This document shows, one piece after another, positions 26,934-34,899 of a DNA stretch of 35,230 nucleotides. Position numbers and translations under genes: made by a program. The notes under the pieces were generated by a model. That model searched no databases. It saw only the letters and a list, made by a program, of their open reading frames with translations, and was not told the origin of the DNA. The stretch is from a virus (taxonomy: Duplodnaviria > Caudoviricetes), in the IMG/VR virus record IMGVR_UViG_3300037692_000627, positions 1 through 35,230 of that record. One strand, written 5' to 3'. Each line of letters starts with the position of its first letter. The stretch's first letter is position 1.

Positions 26934-28321
26934 TAGAGCACCACCGTCGGAATGCCGCGATGCTGGGCGCGGATCTTGGGCCCGTTGACCTTAATCCATT
27001 CCTTGAGTTCAACGATCGTCGCCGAATAGATGCCGAAGCTGGCGCTGGCGGTGTAGGAGACCGACCGGCTGACGCCGTCCTTGCTGTTGCTCTCCGACGA
27101 GAAGCCTCCGCGATAGCCCTGACCGCCGATGGTGAGCAGGGTGACGGCAGCGACGTAGCCGACCAGCTTGAGAACCTCGGGGGGCGCCTCGGGGAGTCCG
27201 ACCACGGCCGTGTAGCGCCAGAAGTCGGCGATGTATTCGCGGAAACCCCAGAACCGCATCTGGACGAAAAAGGTGTAGAGGAAGGAGTAGCTGGAATCGA
27301 AGGGGAGGACGTTGATCTCTCCGGTTTTGCGTTGGACCGCCAGGGCGCCGCTGCCGATGATCAGTGCCTTGGTGTTGCCCATGAAGCCTTCGATCTTGTC
27401 GACCTTCTGCACCTGGTGATAGGGGAGGTCGAGTCTCCATGCGAGGCCGTTCATGTTAAAGTCGCGCTTGGTGTACATGATCGGCTGGGCCAGGCGATCG
27501 AAGAATTCGCCTTCGGCCGGGACCGAGAAGTAGGGTTCGGTCGCCATGCGATACGGCTCGACGAAGACCTTGAGAATGACGCTTTCGACCTCGGCGATGG
27601 CCATGGCGATCTGCTCACGGATGAATTCGTCGTCGATATCCTTCTTGTCGACGACGATCCCTTCGGAGGCATCGATGTCGGGAAGCTCGAATTCGTCGAT
27701 TTCGACCTCGGCATAGCCTCCGTACTGATCGGGCAGAAGCTCCTTGTTGCCGTCGATCGTGACCTGCGGTCCTCCCGCCCAGGAAAGGCTGTTGGTCGCA
27801 ACCGTATATGAAATGGCGTGTACCCCCTTCGGGGTGTCCTCGGAGAGCCTGACGAGGCGGACGCCGGTCACCAGGACCGGCTGCTTCTTGGCCATCGGCA
27901 TGTCGGAGGCGTAGAGGGGGACGCCGAAGCAGTAGCCGTTGCGCATTTCCTCGACGGTGATCAACGAGACGCGAAACGCCGCCGTGGCGGTCACCAGGTT
28001 GGGTGTTTCGGGGTCGAGGTATCCGGCCGGGGGCGAATAGGCGTCGATCTGGTATTCACCCTGGACGCAGAGGGGAACGTTGTCGTCGTCCTTGATGGCG
28101 GTGAGATCGAAGGTGGTCACGATCCCCTTCGGGAGGTCGCCGGTCAGGGCGACCTCCCGGGAAAAGATGACCGGTCCGCCCTTGCGCCGCAGGTTGAGCA
28201 GAACGGTCTCCGCCAGGGCCGTTGCCGGCGTGGGGAGGATCCGGACCTTCACGGTGGACCGGGAGGCCTCGTGCCGTGAATATTCGCTCCTGTCGGTTCT
28301 GATGGTCAGGCCGGTCAGCAT
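26933..28321 (-). CDS. head-tail adaptor (connector) protein with N-terminal extension
   Basis: FG.PL, AIAEVE..L and C-terminal S.S.DGVS.S...TASA....YSA.I motifs. Confidence 0.65.
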   Translation of the reverse strand: MLTGLTIRTDRSEYSRHEASRSTVKVRILPTPATALAETVLLNLRRKGGPVIFSREVALTGDLPKGIVTTFDLTAIKDDDNVPLCVQGEYQIDAYSPPAGYLDPETPNLVTATAAFRVSLITVEEMRNGYCFGVPLYASDMPMAKKQPVLVTGVRLVRLSEDTPKGVHAISYTVATNSLSWAGGPQVTIDGNKELLPDQYGGYAEVEIDEFELPDIDASEGIVVDKKDIDDEFIREQIAMAIAEVESVILKVFVEPYRMATEPYFSVPAEGEFFDRLAQPIMYTKRDFNMNGLAWRLDLPYHQVQKVDKIEGFMGNTKALIIGSGALAVQRKTGEINVLPFDSSYSFLYTFFVQMRFWGFREYIADFWRYTAVVGLPEAPPEVLKLVGYVAAVTLLTIGGQGYRGGFSSESNSKDGVSRSVSYTASASFGIYSATIVELKEWIKVNGPKIRAQHRGIPTVVL

Positions 28322-28324
28322 GGG

Positions 28325-28546
28325 TTATTTCACTCCGACGAGTTTTGCTTCGACGGCGACCATGGGGATCGTCGCGACATAGTCGGTTCCGGTGACTCCG
28401 GCGTCGGCGTCGAGTTTGGCGAGGAGGGCGGCGACGGTGGCTCGAAGCTCTTCCACCTCGGTCACCAGGGCATTGTATTCTTCGCGCATGACTTCAAGGT
28501 CGTGGCCGCCGGTTGCTTTGATCGGGGTTCTTTTGGTTCTTGCCAT
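28325..28546 (-). CDS. small virion (possible head decoration) protein
   Basis: 73 aa with a coiled coil and KLDADAGV..TDY motif. Confidence 0.6.
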   Translation of the reverse strand: MARTKRTPIKATGGHDLEVMREEYNALVTEVEELRATVAALLAKLDADAGVTGTDYVATIPMVAVEAKLVGVK

Positions 28547-28573
28547 GGATCAGGTGTCTCCCTTGGTTGCGGT

Positions 28574-29185
28574 CTAGACGAGTTCGGCCAGACGACTGTT
28601 GAGATCGGCGAGGTATTTCTCGCGGGGGTCTTCCTTGCCGGCTTCGTAGGCGGCCAGTCCGGAGATCAGCGCCCGGTCCGTACACCGGGCCAGCATCGGC
28701 TTGAGGCTGTTGCGGTTGGCGCAGGCGTCGTATGTTTCCCGGGAGAGTTCCGGCTTGCCGGTCGTCTCGGAGGCCGGGCCTTCGGAGGTCTCTTTGCCGG
28801 CCTGGGTTGCGTCGGCCAAGGCCAGGTCGGCGGCTTCAGCTGCGGCGGATGCCGCCTCGGCAGCGTCAAATTCGGCTGCGGCTGCAGCTGCGGCCTCGTC
28901 AGCATCACTTTTGGCCTTGGCGGCTGCATCGGCTGCGGCGGCTGCATCGGCTGCGGCTGCGGCATCGGCATCGGCGGTGTCGACTTCGATCACACCCGTT
29001 TTCCAGTAGTCCCGGCCGGGGAGATTGAGGAAGATGGCCGCCTCGTCGTGGTCGCACAGGGCAACGCCGACTTCGACCTTGTTGTCGAGTTTTTTGGATT
29101 CGAAGACGACGGTGCGGGGTTCGCCCTTGACCGTGAGATTGACTTTCCCCTTGTGGACAGAAATGATTTCGATGGTCTTGCTCAT
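28574..29185 (-). CDS. hypothetical protein with Ala/Asp low-complexity linker
   Basis: 203 aa immediately after the major capsid gene, with a GAGG RBS. Confidence 0.65.
   Translation of the reverse strand: MSKTIEIISVHKGKVNLTVKGEPRTVVFESKKLDNKVEVGVALCDHDEAAIFLNLPGRDYWKTGVIEVDTADADAAAAADAAAAADAAAKAKSDADEAAAAAAAEFDAAEAASAAAEAADLALADATQAGKETSEGPASETTGKPELSRETYDACANRNSLKPMLARCTDRALISGLAAYEAGKEDPREKYLADLNSRLAELV
28840..28976. repeat. degenerate tandem repeat encoding (DAAAAA)n
   Basis: GCGGCTGCATCGGCTGCG units at about 28920-28960 within a poly-Ala tract. Confidence 0.55.
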
Positions 29186-29217
29186 GATTTTTCCTCTCGA
29201 ATGAAGGTTATGGCAAT

Positions 29218-29242
29218 CAGGGGGGGCTCAAGGCCCCCCCTG
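29218..29242. terminator. hairpin after the major capsid gene
   Basis: CAGGGGGGGC-tcaag-GCCCCCCCTG with a weak U-tract. Confidence 0.5.
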
Positions 29243-29264
29243 GCGTCATCGTTCTGAACCTGGT

Positions 29265-30710
29265 TTAGGCCGGGGTGTAGGTTCCGCAGTTCTTGTAGAT
29301 GCGGATGCGCTCCGGGGCCTTGATGACCGGCACCATGTAGAGCAGGAGGAGGAACGGGAAGGTGGTACCCTCGATGGGGAGGGGCATCTTCATGAGGGGA
29401 CTCATCTGGGCGATCACCAGGTCGCGGGGATCGGGCTTATAAATGAGCGTCAGGCCGTTGCTTTCCTTGCCGGCGGCGTCGACGGTCTGCCATTCGCCCT
29501 TGTCGACGAAGGTCAGGTTGCCGGAGACGGTCTGGGCAACCTTGGCGATCCACTTGGCGTCGGATCCGTCAGCCAGCTTGCCGCGATAGAGGCGGTAGCC
29601 GGTGGCGCCGGCGAGGCGGGTGATGACGATCGTCACCTTGGTGGTGGCATCGGCGACGACGACGGCATCGGAGATGGTCCCGATGGACTCGCCGGTGTCA
29701 TTGAAGGCGCCGATGGTGTAGTAGAAGGTCCCGGCGACGTGCTGTCCGGCGGCATCGTCGGCAGCCAGGGGCTGGGTGGTGATGGCCGGAGAGGCCGGGG
29801 CGCCGGAGGGGGCGGCGGCGACAGGGGCGCTCCCCTCGATCTCGTCGAAGAGGATCGAGTGGTCGAACTTGAAGGTACCGAACTGGGTGTCGTATTTCGA
29901 CAGGACGGTGCCGGGGGTGTATTCCTGGCCTACAGCGGTGTCCTTATTGAACCGCTGCAGGTTCCGGGCGGCGAACTGGGAGTTGAGACCGTCGATGACG
30001 TTGGTCGATCCCATGATTTTGTAGCCGTTGACCGACGGCTGCTTGCCGGTGGTGACCAGCTTGCGAGCCGAGGCATCGATTTCGTCGAAGCCCAGGGCGG
30101 CGCCCTTCATGTCGATGACGTTTTCGGGGTAAAGGGCTGCCATCTGGGTGAGGAGGCCGTCAATGTTGACCTCTTCGCCGTTCTCGTCGAGGACGGACTT
30201 CTGGCCGAAGACCAGTTCCCGCTCTACTTTCTCGAGGAGTTCGAGGGTACGGTCGCGGGATTCGCGAACGACGGGATCCTCGAAGGCTCCGCCGGCCTGG
30301 CCGGCGAGCTGCATCTGGTGGGTGACGCCGCCTTTGACGCCGAGGTATTTGTTGTAGATACCCTTGCGCTCGAAGCTCGACACGCCGCCCTTGGGAGCCC
30401 CGCCCTGACGGAACCCGGCACCGCCGGAGCGGTTAGAGCCGAATCCCTTGTGGACGTTGTACTCGAAGTACGGCTGGCTCGAGGGGACCTTGATCATGTC
30501 GTTGTAGAGCTTGAAATGCTGCTCGGTGATGAGGACCTCGGTCATGAGGGCATCGAGGTTCTCGAGCATGAGGGGCCCGGACTGGTGTCCGCCGGGGCCG
30601 CTGTTGTTGGTTCCCAGCGCCTTGGAGAAATACTCCTCGACGTACTGGTCGCCGGTGATGCCCATTCCGGCTTTGGCAAGGAGCTGGTCGAACGACATTA
30701 CGGGTGCCAT
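29265..30710 (-). CDS. major capsid protein (SPO1/Twort-like, with Ig/Fn3-like insertion)
   Basis: 481 aa with L..ENLD, EY, F..GG.P, E..L.FG, DGL, NVID..G, YY.....N..GES, Y..YR and PLMK.PL motifs. Follows protease and scaffold. Confidence 0.9.
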   Translation of the reverse strand: MAPVMSFDQLLAKAGMGITGDQYVEEYFSKALGTNNSGPGGHQSGPLMLENLDALMTEVLITEQHFKLYNDMIKVPSSQPYFEYNVHKGFGSNRSGGAGFRQGGAPKGGVSSFERKGIYNKYLGVKGGVTHQMQLAGQAGGAFEDPVVRESRDRTLELLEKVERELVFGQKSVLDENGEEVNIDGLLTQMAALYPENVIDMKGAALGFDEIDASARKLVTTGKQPSVNGYKIMGSTNVIDGLNSQFAARNLQRFNKDTAVGQEYTPGTVLSKYDTQFGTFKFDHSILFDEIEGSAPVAAAPSGAPASPAITTQPLAADDAAGQHVAGTFYYTIGAFNDTGESIGTISDAVVVADATTKVTIVITRLAGATGYRLYRGKLADGSDAKWIAKVAQTVSGNLTFVDKGEWQTVDAAGKESNGLTLIYKPDPRDLVIAQMSPLMKMPLPIEGTTFPFLLLLYMVPVIKAPERIRIYKNCGTYTPA

Positions 30711-30743
30711 GGTGGTGGTGTCTCCTTTTGGGGGTTTTGGGCG

Positions 30744-31466
30744 CTAGGCGCCGATCGTTTTGAGAATGTGATCGGGGAGGGCGGACAGTCCCCGGACGCC
30801 GAAAGCACTCAGATAGGCCGACTCGACGGTTCCGTCTTCGACGGCCTTCTGCAGCAGGCTCTGGATCTCGCTGCGGGATTTGGCCAGCTCGGGAGCGAGG
30901 TGGCGGCCGGTACCGAGGCCGAGCTGGCCTTTGGGGCCGACTCCGGGACCTGCGGCCATTTCCTTCATCGACTTGGACATCTCGCCGATGACTTTGGCCA
31001 TTTTGATCTGCAGATTGCTTGCCGCCATCTGCGACTTGAGCAGGGAGCGGACCTGGGCATCGAGGTCGCTCATGCCCTTGGCGACGGTCTCGTTGAGTTC
31101 GTTGAAGGCGGCAGAGGCCTTGATCAGCTCGTCCATTTCGTCGTCAGCGAAGGATTTGCCGAGATCGTCCTCGTCCTCCCCTTCTTCCTTGCCTTCCTCA
31201 CCCTCGTCGTCCTCGTCATTGTCATCGGACTTGAAGAAAGCTTCTTCTTCTTCGATCGCCTTGAGCAGGTCGTCGATGTTGTCCTCTTCGCCCTTGGAGA
31301 GCGCATCCAGTTCATCGAGAGCCTTCTGCATCGCTTCTTCTCCGACCCCTTCTTCGGCCATGGCCTTGGAGATGTCTTCGACCGAGTTGCCGTCTTTGGC
31401 CAGAGCCAGGACGATTTCCTCGCTGGAGGTCCCGGCGGCCACCATTTCTTGGATCCTTTTTTTCAT
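30744..31466 (-). CDS. capsid scaffold protein
   Basis: Acidic and helical, with many hydrophobic-x-K-[AS] motifs. Lies between protease and capsid. Confidence 0.75.
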   Translation of the reverse strand: MKKRIQEMVAAGTSSEEIVLALAKDGNSVEDISKAMAEEGVGEEAMQKALDELDALSKGEEDNIDDLLKAIEEEEAFFKSDDNDEDDEGEEGKEEGEDEDDLGKSFADDEMDELIKASAAFNELNETVAKGMSDLDAQVRSLLKSQMAASNLQIKMAKVIGEMSKSMKEMAAGPGVGPKGQLGLGTGRHLAPELAKSRSEIQSLLQKAVEDGTVESAYLSAFGVRGLSALPDHILKTIGA

Positions 31467-31487
31467 TGGTCGTTCCTCCTTGTTGGT

Positions 31488-32342
31488 TTAACCGGCGATT
31501 CCTGCACGGCGCACGAGCGCAGCCAGGTCAGGATGGTCTGCCGATCCCTTGATGAGCTTGGTCAGAAAGGCCATCCCGGTGCGGTGGGGGTGCCCCAGGC
31601 ATTTGGTCATGTGCTCCAGTGCGCCCGTGGCCCCTTTGGCGAAGAGGCCGGTCTGGCTGTCGTAGCAGGTGCATTTCGAATGGCCGTAGAGGTGTTTTCC
31701 CATGCCGCGATGCAGGTTCTCGAGCATCAGGGGTCCGGCCGATTCGGTGCTCATGGCCTTTTCGATGCCATGGGAGCAGCGGTGCCCTCCTTTGTTGCAG
31801 TTGCCGCAGCAGAAGGATTTGGCGAAGAGCTCGATATTGCATTCAGCGTTGACCGGCTTGTGGGTGACGGCCAGGTGCTTGACTGCTGCTCTGACGATCT
31901 TGCTTCCGCGCCGCTCGAGAACGCTCCCTTCGACGGAATAAGCCAGAGCCCGGGCGCCGCCGCTCTTTTGCAGGGCCAGACCGAACTCCCAGAGTTCGTT
32001 GGCCAGACGCATCTGCTCGCTGGTGGGCCTGGGGTCATCGCTCTTGAGCAGTTCCCCTTCGACGATCCATCCCTTTTCGTCCCGGACGGCCGAGGTGGGG
32101 TAGCCGACGATGATCGGCATCCGGCCGCCGGCGATCTCCTGGTACTGATGGTCGTAGTTGAGGAAGCCGCTCTTGAGCAGCGGGGCGAAGTCGAGACCGT
32201 TCTGCAGGATCTCTTCCCCCTGCTGGTCGAGGCTTTCCGTCGAGGCGTATCCGCGCACGATGCGCCGATCTCCGCTGCTCTTGGAAAAGGAGACTTCGGC
32301 CCGGAATAGCTCGATGGTGTCAGCAGTTTTTTCCATGCGCAT
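31488..32342 (-). CDS. prohead protease
   Basis: GYAST...D.QGE, G..NYDH, YSVEG and A.T..PVN motifs. Confidence 0.88.
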   Translation of the reverse strand: MRMEKTADTIELFRAEVSFSKSSGDRRIVRGYASTESLDQQGEEILQNGLDFAPLLKSGFLNYDHQYQEIAGGRMPIIVGYPTSAVRDEKGWIVEGELLKSDDPRPTSEQMRLANELWEFGLALQKSGGARALAYSVEGSVLERRGSKIVRAAVKHLAVTHKPVNAECNIELFAKSFCCGNCNKGGHRCSHGIEKAMSTESAGPLMLENLHRGMGKHLYGHSKCTCYDSQTGLFAKGATGALEHMTKCLGHPHRTGMAFLTKLIKGSADHPDLAALVRRAGIAG

Positions 32343-32352
32343 CCTCGAATAG

Positions 32353-32440
32353 AAAAAGGGCGGCCTCCCGCTTTGGGAGTGACCGCCCTCGTGATCCTTG
32401 TGGCTACCGGCCCGAAGGCCCTGGCTGCAAGGGGGAGTGC
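32353..32440 (-). promoter_or_regulatory. structured leader / terminator-attenuator ahead of the protease gene
   Basis: Hairpin GGCC-TTCG-GGCC with an extended stem, then AGGGCGGT-CA-CTCCC...GGGAG-GCCGCCC-TTTTT immediately before the protease RBS. Confidence 0.55.
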
Positions 32441-32441
32441 C

Positions 32442-32609
32442 TTATTTGATTTCCTGCATGAGCAACCGGCCGGAGCGCGTCCTGTTGATCTCGAAGGTGC
32501 GACCGCTGAACGTGAATTGCATCGGGAGGTCCTGGTCGCGGACCAGAGGGACGTTTTCTCCTGTTTTGCTTTTGCGCAGCAGAAACACGCCGGGCCTGAT
32601 CTTTGTCAT
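32442..32609 (-). CDS. 55-aa basic protein with HemP-like C-terminal motif
   Basis: Not in the ORF track. GAGGAG RBS. Reads MTKIRPGVFLLRKSKTGENVPLVRDQDLPMQFTFSGRTFEINRTRSGRLLMQEIK. Confidence 0.65.
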   Translation of the reverse strand: MTKIRPGVFLLRKSKTGENVPLVRDQDLPMQFTFSGRTFEINRTRSGRLLMQEIK

Positions 32610-32630
32610 TGGGTCTCCTCGACTGCCGCT

Positions 32631-32659
32631 AGTTTTTCAGGGTTCGTTGCCCTTGTCAA
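32631..32659 (-). promoter_or_regulatory. sigma70-like promoter candidate for the capsid operon
   Basis: TTGACA-N17-AAAACT with a TG extension, about 20 nt before the micro-ORF start. Confidence 0.4.
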
Positions 32660-32675
32660 ACTTTTTGCACCGGGA

Positions 32676-32725
32676 CGCCAGTTTAGGGGGGAATCTTTTC
32701 TTTCTTGTGGGGGGATGATCCTCTC
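32676..32725 (+). promoter_or_regulatory. conserved upstream element copy 4
   Basis: CGCCAGTTT-N7-AATCTTTT at 32676-32699, followed by a weak G-rich hairpin. Confidence 0.6.
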
Positions 32726-32755
32726 GAAACCTGATTTCTTTTCTCGGAGGTCGTT

Positions 32756-32899
32756 ATGGAAAACGTGTGCAACGGATGTCTTGAATCTTTTTCGGCTCGT
32801 CTGACTTGCTGCCCGGAATGCGGCAGCGACGATTTTGATTGTGTGGAGACTTCAGAGCTTGCCTTGCGGCGCTCCGGAGGTCTCGATTCTGATTGCTGA
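32756..32899 (+). CDS. 47-aa zinc-ribbon protein
   Basis: Not in the ORF track. GGAGG RBS. Reads MENVCNGCLESFSARLTCCPECGSDDFDCVETSELALRRSGGLDSDC. Confidence 0.7.
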   Translation: MENVCNGCLESFSARLTCCPECGSDDFDCVETSELALRRSGGLDSDC

Positions 32900-32925
32900 A
32901 AACCGTTCTTTTTGTGGAGGCTATT

Positions 32926-33231
32926 ATGCCGGTTAAAACGATCGTGGTGTCGGTGAAAGCCCGGGAGTATATTCCAGGGTCGGTGCGGACAACCAAATAT
33001 GAGTTCTGCGACGAGATTGGTCCCCGGGGGGAGGCGGTCATCGACACTTCTTCGAAGATGGCGCTGCTCAATCTCCTGCGTCATCACTTCGGCCGCTGTG
33101 TCGGGCGGATTCCCATGGGCTATCGATTCGAGGGTGTCAATCGGGCCGACGATGGTTCCTTCCGGTATTGGGAGACCGAGGTGGTGATTGTTTCCGGCGC
33201 CAGGCCGGTTCCTGGCTTTGACTTTGAATGA
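32926..33231 (+). CDS. hypothetical 101-aa protein
   Basis: GGAGG RBS before MPVKTI. Confidence 0.65.
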   Translation: MPVKTIVVSVKAREYIPGSVRTTKYEFCDEIGPRGEAVIDTSSKMALLNLLRHHFGRCVGRIPMGYRFEGVNRADDGSFRYWETEVVIVSGARPVPGFDFE

Positions 33232-33244
33232 TCCTGATCCGGCG

Positions 33245-33294
33245 CACCAGTTTGCGCCGGAATCTTTTCTTTATTGAAGGGGATGACCCCTTTC
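33245..33294 (+). promoter_or_regulatory. conserved upstream element copy 5
   Basis: CACCAGTTT-N7-AATCTTTT at 33245-33268, then hairpin AAGGGG/CCCCTT. Confidence 0.7.
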
Positions 33295-33317
33295 GTAATT
33301 TCCCTTTGGAGGTTCCT

Positions 33318-33707
33318 GTGAAAAGAATTGAATCGTTTAGCGCAAAGCAAAATCGCACCCTCGTCTCTGATGCTGCCTTGGCCGCCCTGCAAAAAGTCGC
33401 CGATAGCTTCGGCCTCACCGTGGAGCGCGGCGCCGGTTCTTATGCCGCTGATCAGTTCTCCGTCAAGATCGTTTTCAAAGCTCCGGCTGCTGCGAGCGAT
33501 AAGGCCGCCGATGACTTCTCTCGTTATGCCACCATGTGCGATTGTGATCCTTCCTGGTTCGGGAAGTCCTTTGTCTCCAAAGGCGAAACGCTGACGGTTG
33601 TGGGGATCGCTCCCAATCGTCCCAAAAACTGCATCCTGCTTAAATCGGATGCCGGCAAATCATATAAATGTGGACCGTCCCTGGTCCGGTCTAACCTGTC
33701 TAAATAA
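33318..33707 (+). CDS. hypothetical 129-aa phage protein
   Basis: GGAGG RBS before GTG (MKRIES), followed by a terminator. Confidence 0.7.
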   Translation: MKRIESFSAKQNRTLVSDAALAALQKVADSFGLTVERGAGSYAADQFSVKIVFKAPAAASDKAADDFSRYATMCDCDPSWFGKSFVSKGETLTVVGIAPNRPKNCILLKSDAGKSYKCGPSLVRSNLSK

Positions 33708-33743
33708 TTTCACCCGGCCGGAAACGGCTACCTCCTTGCTATT

Positions 33744-33782
33744 GCCCCCATTCTGGATTGTCCGGGATGGGGGCTTTTTTTT
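33744..33782 (+). terminator. intrinsic terminator of the + strand island
   Basis: GCCCCCATTCTGGA-ttg-TCCGGGATGGGGGC-T8. Confidence 0.85.
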
Positions 33783-33794
33783 GTTCTAAATTCG

Positions 33795-34127
33795 TTATCG
33801 GTCCTGGCGGCGCTTGCGCCTTCGCTCTTTGGGGGTAAGCCATTTGCGCGGAGGCTTCCCCTTGAATATGATCCGTTCGCACGTCAGCAACCTGGTTGTT
33901 GCTTCGTCGGTGACAAAACGCCAGCCGTCGAAAACGAAATACCGGGCCGGCCGCAGTCCGTTGTTGATCAGACGCACGGCCACTCCGAAACCGATATCTT
34001 CTTCGGCTGCGGCATCCAGGAGAGCCTTCATGGCGGTTTCCCAGCATGGCGGCGGGGTCGGATGCGGCCATCGGTCCTTGAACCTCTCCATGGCGTGGCG
34101 TGTAATATGGATCGGCAGGGGGTTCAT
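33795..34127 (-). CDS. small protein with HA.ER motif (possible BECR/RelE-like fold)
   Basis: HITRHAMERF...W.FV.D....LLT pattern and a basic tail. Confidence 0.55.
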   Translation of the reverse strand: MNPLPIHITRHAMERFKDRWPHPTPPPCWETAMKALLDAAAEEDIGFGVAVRLINNGLRPARYFVFDGWRFVTDEATTRLLTCERIIFKGKPPRKWLTPKERRRKRRQDR

Positions 34128-34468
34128 TGCTTCCCGGCCACCATGCGCTGCATGTGCCCGAAGCTCCCCCGTTTGGCGAACTTGCCGGCATATTCGCGGA
34201 CGCTATGTCGCTGCCGCTGCTCCTCGAGCATTGTCTTTCCGGGCTGCTGCTCCTCGAGTAGCGATTTGCAGAATTGGCCGGTCGCCTGTAGAGCGTCGAG
34301 GGCGGCCTCTCGCGACTCAGGTTTGATCTTTCCTTTGCCGGCGGCGACTTCATCGTGTCGCCTGGCTGCCCGGCGGCCGATATCGACCAGGTCCTTGAGG
34401 TGCCCGGTCCTGGCCTTTTTTGCTGCAGCCATGCGGCCGGTAATGGTGGCGGTAATGGTGGGCGGCAT
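34124..34468 (-). CDS. hypothetical basic protein
   Basis: 114 aa, coupled to both neighbours by stop/start overlaps. Confidence 0.6.
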   Translation of the reverse strand: MPPTITATITGRMAAAKKARTGHLKDLVDIGRRAARRHDEVAAGKGKIKPESREAALDALQATGQFCKSLLEEQQPGKTMLEEQRQRHSVREYAGKFAKRGSFGHMQRMVAGKQ

Positions 34469-34899
34469 CAGCGTTTCCTTTTGATGAGGTTGGCGATCGG
34501 GAAAGCCTTTTCGATGGTCTTGAGACGCGTGTAGTAATCTTTCTCCTCGCGGAGGTGGGCGAGCACGATCTTGGCTGTTAGAACCGGGTCGCCTCCAGTC
34601 ACGTCCTTGTGCTCCATTTCGACGCGCATCCCCCTCGACAATTCGGTGAGGTTGTACGTTTCATCGTCGCGCATTCCCGCTTGTCGCATCGTGCTGAGGA
34701 GTTGGCGTTCGTTTTCGGTCAGGAGGATGCGCTCTACGCGATCTCTGGTGGCAAAATATTTGCCGGATTTCGCTTTCAGTTCAGCGCTGGTGATAAATCG
34801 GTGAGCAATAGGGGCCAGTACGGTGTGGAGATTCAGCGGCTCCGGCGATCCGTAGTGCGTTGTCTCTAAAAATTCGCGGTAGCGATCGCTAGGCGGCAT
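34468..34899 (-). CDS. DUF5661-like protein
   Basis: EL..G..VE.EH......TAKI.LAHL.E..DYY.RL motif. Confidence 0.75.
   Translation of the reverse strand: MPPSDRYREFLETTHYGSPEPLNLHTVLAPIAHRFITSAELKAKSGKYFATRDRVERILLTENERQLLSTMRQAGMRDDETYNLTELSRGMRVEMEHKDVTGGDPVLTAKIVLAHLREEKDYYTRLKTIEKAFPIANLIKRKR

Noticed and set aside
28840-28976. CRISPR-like repeat array
   Set aside because: The repeats are in-frame poly-Ala coding sequence without unique spacers.
29739-32309. 856-aa + strand ORF, and similar long + strand ORFs at 13072, 14064, 18792, 22356 and 24866
   Set aside because: These are antisense shadows of GC-rich minus-strand structural genes, with no recognisable motifs of their own.
32353-32440. 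Known riboswitch such as c-di-GMP-I, or a tRNA
   Set aside because: I could not match the conserved sequence elements by eye. An Rfam/tRNAscan search would settle it.
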